IMG/VR virus record: IMGVR_UViG_3300022204_000004 | Span: 1-64,000 of that record | DNA: 64,000 nucleotides | Source of the DNA: a virus | Direction: 5' to 3' (one strand) | Part shown: positions 34,158 through 41,625 of the stretch, one piece after another | Numbering within the stretch: position 1 is the stretch's first letter | How the letters are laid out: each line of letters begins with the position of its first letter | The notes under the pieces: generated by a model | What the model was told of the DNA's origin: nothing | Databases searched by the model: none | What the model saw: only the letters and a program-made list of their open reading frames with translations | Translations under genes and position numbers: made by a program

Positions 34158-35072
34158 TTATGCAGGGATAGGTTCTGAAACTGTTACAGCCTTTGGCATG
34201 ATAGCCTTGACTGTGCTCTTGACTGCTCGCTGTGGAGCTGTAAGTATGGCTTTCGCTCTGTCATCTATAGCTTGTTTGATTTGATCACGATCATCATCGG
34301 TGATATCAAGCTTGTGAATGATAAGGGCTTCGCCATCTCGTAATAGGTCAGTGCCTTTCTGCATCTGTTTCACAATGAACTTACCAATGTTGGTTGCTCC
34401 TTGTGCTGGTGTGTGTAGGCTTGTGCCTAATCCGAATGTTACTGCTCCCGCAGTCTTTCTGCTGTACCAATTCACTTTGGTGAACATGGTTACAGGCTGT
34501 TGTACTTGTTGCTCTTGTGGAGCGGTTGTTTGTTGTTCCATTTCTTTGTGTGTTTTAATGGGTTCAACTATTGGTTGAGGACTTTCCTCAACTTCTTCTT
34601 CGTCTATTTCCAACTGTTCTTCGACAGACTCTATGTCTGCTTCTGATAGTTGTGACTTGGAGTAGACTACTCCATCTGGGTCTACTGCGTAGTCGTCTTG
34701 GTCGTCGTCAGGACCGACATCGTAATGGTCAGTGTATGCCTGTTCATCGGCATACGGATCTTCGTCCGGGTCTTCGTCCTCGACTGTAGCTGTTCCGAAG
34801 TTTGGAACAGGTCCGAATGCATTCTCAAGGTCGTCCTTGATGTCGCTCGGTAGCTCGGCCACGTCTACTGCTTTAGTGCTCATCGTCGGTGGATTCTCTA
34901 CTTTGTAATCATCCCCGAAGTTTGACTTCATAGCTCTGAAGTATTGACCTCTGGTCATCCCGTTATCACGGTCAACTTCTTTACTGTGGATGAAGTGATC
35001 TCTACTTCCGTCCTCGAACTCTAGCATGAAGCCTTTGGCTGTCTCTACTACGATTGCATTTACTTTACTCAT
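34158..35072 (-). CDS. Early protein with a highly acidic central region
   Basis: DEDPDEDPYADE...DDDQDDY...EIDEEEVEE tract. Confidence 0.75.
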   Translation of the reverse strand: MSKVNAIVVETAKGFMLEFEDGSRDHFIHSKEVDRDNGMTRGQYFRAMKSNFGDDYKVENPPTMSTKAVDVAELPSDIKDDLENAFGPVPNFGTATVEDEDPDEDPYADEQAYTDHYDVGPDDDQDDYAVDPDGVVYSKSQLSEADIESVEEQLEIDEEEVEESPQPIVEPIKTHKEMEQQTTAPQEQQVQQPVTMFTKVNWYSRKTAGAVTFGLGTSLHTPAQGATNIGKFIVKQMQKGTDLLRDGEALIIHKLDITDDDRDQIKQAIDDRAKAILTAPQRAVKSTVKAIMPKAVTVSEPIPA

Positions 35073-35111
35073 TTGATTTATATTTAAAGGTTAATAATTA
35101 TTTATTGTTTA

Positions 35112-35282
35112 CTATTTTGCATGGTGTCTGTAGCTTTTATATGCGGCTACGCCTCCATCTATTATTCCGAATATCCCTGCGACTGCATGTTTGATACCGG
35201 TGTTGATGACATGTTGTGCAACAGCTGTTGTGTTTTCTACTTGTTGCTCTCTCCTTGATTTTGGTGTCTGAATTGTGATCAT
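35112..35282 (-). CDS. Small early protein (56 aa)
   Basis: Read by hand: MITIQTPKSRREQQVENTTAVAQHVINTGIKHAVAGIFGIIDGGVAAYKSYRHHAK*. Confidence 0.55.
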   Translation of the reverse strand: MITIQTPKSRREQQVENTTAVAQHVINTGIKHAVAGIFGIIDGGVAAYKSYRHHAK

Positions 35283-35461
35283 GACTTGTTGTTTTAATTG
35301 TTTGTTTGTGTCTCCGTTGGTCTTAGGCGGTTGACTATACCTCTTGATGACATATCAAGTATCGCTCTTAATATGTCTGTTTGGGTTAATGATTTATAAT
35401 TGATTTTAATAGTTCTTTAATTTCCTTTTTAATAGCCTGATGATTGACAGGCTTAACCTTC

Positions 35462-35734
35462 TTAAGCATTGGTTACGGCTTTTAGTTTCTCTGATTTATC
35501 CATGAAATCGACTAGTTTATCTATGACTTTGGGATTGGTATATACCTTGGCCATTAGATCTACCATAGTTTTGACTTGTTGGATGATTGCTTTGAGCTCT
35601 GATTGTTCTTCTTCTGGTGCTCCTAGCTCTTGCATTGTTACTTCTGCTATGACTTCCATTAAGTTTACTCCTGAGTGTACTAAGGGTACTAATGTGTCAC
35701 TGATTTCTGATGTGATTTGTTCTCTTGTTTTCAT
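35462..35734 (-). CDS. Small helical early protein
   Basis: A-rich leader; followed by a hairpin at 35434-35453. Confidence 0.65.
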   Translation of the reverse strand: MKTREQITSEISDTLVPLVHSGVNLMEVIAEVTMQELGAPEEEQSELKAIIQQVKTMVDLMAKVYTNPKVIDKLVDFMDKSEKLKAVTNA

Positions 35735-35736
35735 GT

Positions 35737-35937
35737 TTAATTGTATTTATTTATTAATGATTCGATTTTGCGTTCAAGTATTCCTGTCCTAGCCTGTACC
35801 TTGGTGTGATAATGGAATGATACATACCTTGGTATTTTCTTAATAGCTCTCTTGAAGTTGAACTCGTTTAATAGCTTGTTGTTTGTAGCTATTTGTTGTT
35901 GGTATCTCTCGATACGTTGTTGAATATTTGCATTCAT
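35737..35937 (-). CDS. Small coiled-coil early protein
   Basis: Operon packing. Confidence 0.6.
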   Translation of the reverse strand: MNANIQQRIERYQQQIATNNKLLNEFNFKRAIKKIPRYVSFHYHTKVQARTGILERKIESLINKYN

Positions 35938-35977
35938 GATTGTTGTTGTCGATTGATAATCTGCTGACCACAGGTTT

Positions 35978-36091
35978 TTAATTGTTAATACAGTTTATAC
36001 ATATTGTTGTTCCAGGCATTAATGGTCCTACGTCGGCATAACAGCCTCCACATTTAGAACATTCTTCAGGGTGATTGCGTGTATCTTCCAT
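35978..36091 (-). CDS. Mini zinc-finger protein (37 aa)
   Basis: Read by hand: MEDTRNHPEECSKCGGCYADVGPLMPGTTICINCINN*. Confidence 0.55.
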   Translation of the reverse strand: MEDTRNHPEECSKCGGCYADVGPLMPGTTICINCINN

Positions 36092-36093
36092 GA

Positions 36094-36255
36094 TTAGCGA
36101 TGTATTGCATAAGCACAAGCGGAAGGCAGTGACTTAATGAAGTTAATAATGCAGTGAATACGATGTCTGCGAGCAAGTGTAAGTTGCTCTTTTGATTGCA
36201 AGTAAGCCTCGTATTGAGCTTCAGCAATTTCAGGTAATGATGAGTAATGTCTCAT
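36094..36255 (-). CDS. First gene of the leftward module (53 aa)
   Basis: Read by hand: MRHYSSLPEIAEAQYEAYLQSKEQLTLARRHRIHCIINFIKSLPSACAYAIHR*. Confidence 0.5.
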   Translation of the reverse strand: MRHYSSLPEIAEAQYEAYLQSKEQLTLARRHRIHCIINFIKSLPSACAYAIHR

Positions 36256-36501
36256 GATTAAAAAGGATTTAGTTAAAACTTAAAAGACTCTCTTTTAAGC
36301 GATATATTATTTGAGGGGGGCTACCCAAAAACGAAACATCGATGGGGATCAAATGATATAGTGTTCCGCGAGCGAGGCTTTTTTAAAAGGGGGGGCTAGT
36401 TGTGTGCCACACAGAGGCGTGGGGGTATTCTTACGGGTCAAAAAATAATTTTGGATAGGTTATGAAGAATTGTTATATTGTGTGGGGATTAATTAATATT
36501 T

Positions 36502-36553
36502 AACCCTTTCCGGAACTTGTCAGAGAGTATCTTCAAACGGAAAGGGTTTTTTT
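36502..36553 (+). terminator. Terminator-like hairpin with a long loop
   Basis: AACCCTTTCCG...CGGAAAGGGTT followed by a T-tract. Confidence 0.7.
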
Positions 36554-36615
36554 GTATATTAGCGGTATTATGAATCAGCTTTAATTAGCTAAGGAGGTTC
36601 ATGGTAGATTTGGGT

Positions 36616-36648
36616 GGTTGAGCGGCAGGGATGTCGCTCACCTTTTTT
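36616..36648 (+). terminator. Intrinsic terminator
   Basis: GGTTGAGCGGCA GGGA TGTCGCTCACC TTTTTT. Confidence 0.7.
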
Positions 36649-36794
36649 ATATGGGTTTTAAAAAAATATCGCGAACCCTACGGGCTGTATATTAGGGTGT
36701 TGCGGGGGCGGTGTTTGGATTATACATTATTTTTTCATAGTTTTGTTATATAAAATCGATACAACTATGGAGTGTTATTTGAATAACCAAGGAT

Positions 36795-36826
36795 GAAACC
36801 CTTACTTTTGCGAGTAGGGGTTTCTT
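36795..36826 (+). terminator. Terminator-like hairpin
   Basis: GAAACCCTTAC...GTAGGGGTTTC; TAGTTTTG promoter element upstream at 36738-36745. Confidence 0.6.
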
Positions 36827-36843
36827 AGTTATAGTTGTTAGAT

Positions 36844-36975
36844 ATGGAAGAAGAGAAGGAAAAAGAGGGATTTGACATGAGGCACATGTACACCTTTCCA
36901 AAGGAATATATTTTCACACAGAGAGTTTGGTTTGATTACTCAAAATTCTGTAATAATTTAAAAACGTATATTTGA
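36844..36975 (+). CDS. Small hypothetical protein (43 aa)
   Basis: Read by hand: MEEEKEKEGFDMRHMYTFPKEYIFTQRVWFDYSKFCNNLKTYI*. Confidence 0.4.
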   Translation: MEEEKEKEGFDMRHMYTFPKEYIFTQRVWFDYSKFCNNLKTYI

Positions 36976-36998
36976 TACATAACTTTAAATTTTTTATC

Positions 36999-37352
36999 AT
37001 GAAAAACATTTTTAAGTATTGTTTAATAGGGCTGATTTTGCTCTTCTTTACAACAACGGCCTTTGCGCTATCACAAGACGTTCCTGACGTCGACTATGGA
37101 AACCCTAATTATTGGGTTTTATTATTAACGCCTTTAGTTGTTCTAGGAGCAACGTCTCTTGTCCACAAATACTTGCCTACGATCCCTGATGTGTTGGTTC
37201 TGGCAGTTGTGGGAGTTATATCGGCACTCGTTTCTTTACTTAACAACCTACTTATTGCACCTGATATCAGTTGGCTTGAAAGCTTCTTACTAGGACTATC
37301 GGCTACGTTTGTGCATCAAGTTTATAAGAAGATAACCGAAAGCTCTGCATAG
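36999..37352 (+). CDS. Holin-like three-TM protein with N-terminal signal peptide
   Basis: MKN...AFA signal; 3 TMs; C-terminal GLSATFVHQVYKK resembles the GLASTGLHQ holin motif; promoter TATATTTG at 36967-36974. Confidence 0.5.
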   Translation: MKNIFKYCLIGLILLFFTTTAFALSQDVPDVDYGNPNYWVLLLTPLVVLGATSLVHKYLPTIPDVLVLAVVGVISALVSLLNNLLIAPDISWLESFLLGLSATFVHQVYKKITESSA

Positions 37353-37425
37353 ATTAAATTAAAAAGGCTATATTTATAGTCTCTAAAAACCTTTTCTGCC
37401 CTCAAGTAGAATTAATAGCCATTTG

Positions 37426-37454
37426 ACCCTCTTAAGAAATTGAGAGGGTTTTTT
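37426..37454 (+). terminator. Intrinsic terminator
   Basis: ACCCTCTTAA GAAA TTGAGAGGGT TTTTT. Confidence 0.8.
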
Positions 37455-37473
37455 GTGTCTAATATTTATTCAT

Positions 37474-37481
37474 TAGATTTG
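37474..37481 (+). promoter_or_regulatory. -7 element TAGATTTG for the packaging operon
   Basis: TAnnTTTG between the terminator and ATG 37509. Confidence 0.6.
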
Positions 37482-37508
37482 TTTATTATTAATTAAAAAA
37501 TCAGAAGA

Positions 37509-38009
37509 ATGGCAAAAGCAAAACAGAACGGTCAGGAAGACACTCCTAAACCAAGAGGCAAAAAACAGATAAAGGATGCAGTCCTTTATGATGCTTCAGT
37601 AAAATCCGAAAATATTCAGGAAAAGATTTCTGAAGAAAACAAAAGGATTTTTCAATCTAACAACACTTTGGATATTGATGAAGGACTTATCAATATGCCT
37701 CCTATCGAACTTTCGGACGAAGAAAACAAAAGACTTGCAACACAGTCTTTGGAAAAGGAACTTCGTGCAATGGAAATTTCCAACTCTACAACAAAGCATG
37801 ATAACGGACTGAATGTTTGGAGACTTGTATCCAAGACAGAGAACAAAATTCTTCAATGGACAAATGTTGTTACTGCAATGAAAATTGGAACAAGTCGTGG
37901 TGTTTTGGTTTGTGTAAAAGAATCTCATAGTGACAAGGTTTCTTTATCTACTACATTTATACAGAATGGGATATTGGAAGAGAAGGACGGACTTTGGATA
38001 TTGAAGTAA
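37509..38009 (+). CDS. Hypothetical protein, head of the packaging operon
   Basis: Promoter and TCAGAA leader motif upstream. Confidence 0.7.
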   Translation: MAKAKQNGQEDTPKPRGKKQIKDAVLYDASVKSENIQEKISEENKRIFQSNNTLDIDEGLINMPPIELSDEENKRLATQSLEKELRAMEISNSTTKHDNGLNVWRLVSKTENKILQWTNVVTAMKIGTSRGVLVCVKESHSDKVSLSTTFIQNGILEEKDGLWILK

Positions 38010-38010
38010 G

Positions 38011-38448
38011 ATGAAAAAACTTGATCAACTAACAATAGGACATTTGACTTCTTACGCAGAAATGCTTACTAGGTCAGTACAGGAATTGGATGAATTTGGA
38101 ATGCAGACTACTGAATGTGCAACTAATGGGGGGATAACGGTGAATGAGAGAGATGAGGTACATAAGAAGCTGGTTCAACAAATTCAAATATTTGAGGACA
38201 AACGTATATTGCTCGTTAAAGAGCTTACAAAAAGAATCAAAAGGGATATAGGTGTAAACAGAGGTCCGGGTGATGTCGCAATAATGCTCAATGGCTTAGC
38301 GAAAGATTTTCCGATGATAGGAAGGTCAAAAGCCGAGATAGAACTTTTGAAGAAGAAAGACGAAATCATAGCCAATTCAGAGCCAGAGGTAAAAAAACCC
38401 TCAACAAAAGGAAAGTCATCTGTTAAAGCATCTTTATCTAAAATCTGA
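38011..38448 (+). CDS. Hypothetical coiled-coil protein
   Basis: Operon packing. Confidence 0.7.
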   Translation: MKKLDQLTIGHLTSYAEMLTRSVQELDEFGMQTTECATNGGITVNERDEVHKKLVQQIQIFEDKRILLVKELTKRIKRDIGVNRGPGDVAIMLNGLAKDFPMIGRSKAEIELLKKKDEIIANSEPEVKKPSTKGKSSVKASLSKI

Positions 38449-39212
38449 TGTATCTAGTAGAATTGGACAAACATACAGGACTTGTCAAAGTTGATGGCGA
38501 ATTCGATGGCGTAAGAGCTATAAAGGAATTTCGTGAAGTTATAAACCATCCCGATCTTGGGGTGGTTTGCTTTACAGCCATAGCCTTAACAGTCGATTAT
38601 CTTACTCCTATCGCTCATTACAAAGAGAGCGACAGACCCTATAAGGCAATGGAGCAAGCTACAAAAGGAAACCGTAGAGCCTTTGTATGGAACCAAGACT
38701 TGATACAGGAATGTTTGATAAAATACAATGAACTACAGTACAATCCCTCTTTAGAAGAAAAGAGGACATTGGACTTTATGTTATTGGAAAAGCTGAAAGA
38801 GATTAAAGAGCTCAAGGATCAGAATGCTACGGAAGGAATGTTGGAAGAGGTTACTGAGGAAACAATCCATGAAGTTCTTATAGATAACCTGGACGTAAAA
38901 AAACTTTTGGGAGACCGAGAATGGACAAACCTTTCGGAAGTGGCACAAAAGTCATTTATAAGAAAGGCGAACACAAGGATTATAGCACCTTACAATCAAA
39001 GGCTAAAAGAGAAAAAGAGTGAGAAAGATGAAGAAAGAATGCTCGTTCTCTTTAAGCAGTTGAATACGATTAAAGCTTTGATAGAGAATTTCAACAAAGC
39101 AAACGAAGACAGTGATTTACTGGCAGATGGTCCTGTTAGGAACGGATATAAGTTAACTAGATTAGAAGAAAAAGCTGAAAATGAAAACTCATTTTATCAC
39201 CAAGAACATTAA
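38448..39212 (+). CDS. Putative terminase small subunit (positional)
   Basis: Helical protein directly upstream of TerL, as in crAss-like gene order. Confidence 0.45.
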   Translation: MYLVELDKHTGLVKVDGEFDGVRAIKEFREVINHPDLGVVCFTAIALTVDYLTPIAHYKESDRPYKAMEQATKGNRRAFVWNQDLIQECLIKYNELQYNPSLEEKRTLDFMLLEKLKEIKELKDQNATEGMLEEVTEETIHEVLIDNLDVKKLLGDREWTNLSEVAQKSFIRKANTRIIAPYNQRLKEKKSEKDEERMLVLFKQLNTIKALIENFNKANEDSDLLADGPVRNGYKLTRLEEKAENENSFYHQEH

Positions 39213-39262
39213 GCCCTTAATTGGATGCGGTTTTTCTTCTGACTTTTTACTTTGTCCAATTT

Positions 39263-39294
39263 AAAAAGAGGGTCACTTTTGTGGCTCTCTTTTA
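39263..39294 (+). terminator. Terminator/attenuator upstream of terL
   Basis: AGAGGGTCAC TTTT GTGGCTCTCT TTT. Confidence 0.7.
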
Positions 39295-39309
39295 TTTTAT
39301 GATTCAACT

Positions 39310-41625
39310 ATGGCAGAAATATTAAAAAGGTTTAAGAAAAAAGACGTTTTACTCACTAACCAAGATGTTAGGAGCAAGATTTACAACCCTTATTCCAAGA
39401 CAAATTATTTTGAATTTGAGATACCTGTTATTGATGGATTTGATTCAGCCGTATATTCTCCTTTGGTATATCAGGAAATACCACCTCTTGAAAGGGGAAC
39501 ACTTGCCTATGATGATTTTTGGGACGAACAGGATAAGCGTTGCATAGAGGGATATGCCCCTTTAATTGATGGCATACAATATCCACGAATAACTGGCCCA
39601 CATTATTTTTATTTGAACATGGTTCAGATAATGATGCTGAAACAAGGTCAGAACAAAAAGAAACTTAACTATCCTTACTATCGTGTTTTAGACCATATGA
39701 TTTTTCTAGAGATAGAGAAAGCCGAACTGTTGGGCTATGGACTGATAATCGGTAAGGCAAGACGTATGGGATTATCCTATATCGGAGATTGCATGACCAT
39801 ATGGAACTTGTTGTTCCACATGAATGCTGAAACAGCTATCGGTGCCGGTAAAGCCGATAAAGCAAAAGACCTTTACAACAAAGTCGTCAAGTCCTTGGAA
39901 AATCTGAGAGACGAATACAAGGTAAGTTACAAAAGCAAACAGACCAATACAGGTCAGGAACTTAAACTTTCTTACAAGATTACAGAAAACAAAGTTCAAA
40001 AGGATGCGGGTATTGGCAGTAAACTTGAAGTAAAAACATTTTTTTCTGACCCTTCAGCTTTTGAAGGTGGTTCTTATCAGTTTTTCATATTTGAGGAAAT
40101 AGGACTTCAGGACAATCTCATAAAATCCTACAAAGCTTCCGAACCATGTTTCATGGAAGGAGCCAAACAATTCGGAGTACCAATGCTTTACGGTACAGGT
40201 GGTGAAGTTGATAAAGGTTCTCGTGATATGAAGATCATATACGAAAACCCTGAAGCCTACAATATGAAAAAGCTGTTCATACCAGCTTATCTTTACTATC
40301 CCGGAAACCTAGATGTTAAAGAAGACAAAGATGACAAGCGTTCCGAAATGGAAAAAATGGACGATGGCGTAAACTTCTTTGACATCAAGACAGGAAGAAC
40401 CGATCAACTTGCCGCACTTGAACATATTTTAAAAAGAAGAAAAAGAGCAAGTACATCAAGAGAAGGATATATCAAAGAGGTTCAATCAAGACCTACCGAA
40501 GAAGCTCACTTGTTCCTTAAGACTAGTGGAGGTATCTTGGATAGGATAAAACTGAACTCACAGCTACAGAAAATATATGATAAAGAATGTGCCTATGTTC
40601 CAAGAAAAGGACGATTGGAATGGGCATATTCTCCTGAACTTGAAATGAAGCTCATACGTTGCCAATCCCAAAAGGAACGTGACAAAGTGCATATACTTCA
40701 CAAAAGCAAAGTTGATTTTATTGAAGATGAAGACGGAACTGTATATGAAATTGCACCACCAATCAATAGGGCTGAAATGCCTTATGATGCAGATATAGCC
40801 GGAACGGACAGTTATGATGAAGTCGTTCCCGAAGACACGGGATCTAATGGTGCTACTATGGTGTACCGAGTTTTTAATGGATTGAGCAAAGACTACAATA
40901 TGCCCGTTGCACTTGTTTATGAAAGAGGTGATTCTTCCAATGACGATAGTTTTTATGGGAACTCGCTAAAAGTTTGCGTAAGATATAATTGCAAGACCCT
41001 TGTAGAATATTCAAAGATTACCATTATAAATTATTTTGAAGACTGTGGAGCTTCTAACCATTTGACCTTAAAACCTATATTGAGAAATGAAGCGATTGCC
41101 AATAAAGGAAGACAGACCTACGGTGTTCACGTTAAGGGAGAGATGAAAGGTATCATTACAAGACTATTGAAACAAGAGGTTTTGAACCATTACGAAAACA
41201 TATGGCTTGACAAAATCCTTTTGGACCTTATTGAATACGGTGACGGAAATACGGATATAGCTATGGCTTACGGAATGTGCCTGATTACCAAACTGGATAT
41301 GTTTGACGAGATAACCGACGACATAGAAATATACGACGAAGGAGATTTGTTGATGGATATGGCATATTATTCAACAGATGCCAATGGAAATCTTAAAATA
41401 AAAACTTATGGTTCAGACGATTTTGACGATGGAATTGAGACCTTTGACCCTCGAAAACACCTCGAAGGAGTTGATAGAGAAAATTATCTTAACTTTATGG
41501 CAATGAAGAAGAAAAAAATGGAGGAACAAAGAAAGCTTACAGAACAAATTCAACTAGAACGAGAAGTAGACCCTTTTAAAAGAGCAGTGCAATTAGAAAT
41601 AGAAAATAGAAAACGCCATGATTAA
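39310..41625 (+). CDS. terL: Terminase large subunit
   Basis: ITGPHYFYLN, GKARRMGLSY (Walker A), FIFEEIG (Walker B), YGTGG, AGTDSYD nuclease motif. Confidence 0.92.
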   Translation: MAEILKRFKKKDVLLTNQDVRSKIYNPYSKTNYFEFEIPVIDGFDSAVYSPLVYQEIPPLERGTLAYDDFWDEQDKRCIEGYAPLIDGIQYPRITGPHYFYLNMVQIMMLKQGQNKKKLNYPYYRVLDHMIFLEIEKAELLGYGLIIGKARRMGLSYIGDCMTIWNLLFHMNAETAIGAGKADKAKDLYNKVVKSLENLRDEYKVSYKSKQTNTGQELKLSYKITENKVQKDAGIGSKLEVKTFFSDPSAFEGGSYQFFIFEEIGLQDNLIKSYKASEPCFMEGAKQFGVPMLYGTGGEVDKGSRDMKIIYENPEAYNMKKLFIPAYLYYPGNLDVKEDKDDKRSEMEKMDDGVNFFDIKTGRTDQLAALEHILKRRKRASTSREGYIKEVQSRPTEEAHLFLKTSGGILDRIKLNSQLQKIYDKECAYVPRKGRLEWAYSPELEMKLIRCQSQKERDKVHILHKSKVDFIEDEDGTVYEIAPPINRAEMPYDADIAGTDSYDEVVPEDTGSNGATMVYRVFNGLSKDYNMPVALVYERGDSSNDDSFYGNSLKVCVRYNCKTLVEYSKITIINYFEDCGASNHLTLKPILRNEAIANKGRQTYGVHVKGEMKGIITRLLKQEVLNHYENIWLDKILLDLIEYGDGNTDIAMAYGMCLITKLDMFDEITDDIEIYDEGDLLMDMAYYSTDANGNLKIKTYGSDDFDDGIETFDPRKHLEGVDRENYLNFMAMKKKKMEEQRKLTEQIQLEREVDPFKRAVQLEIENRKRHD

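Noticed and set aside
36256-36998. tRNA or tmRNA genes in the non-coding divergence region
   Set aside because: No cloverleaf or T-arm GTTCRA with matching stems was found by eye.
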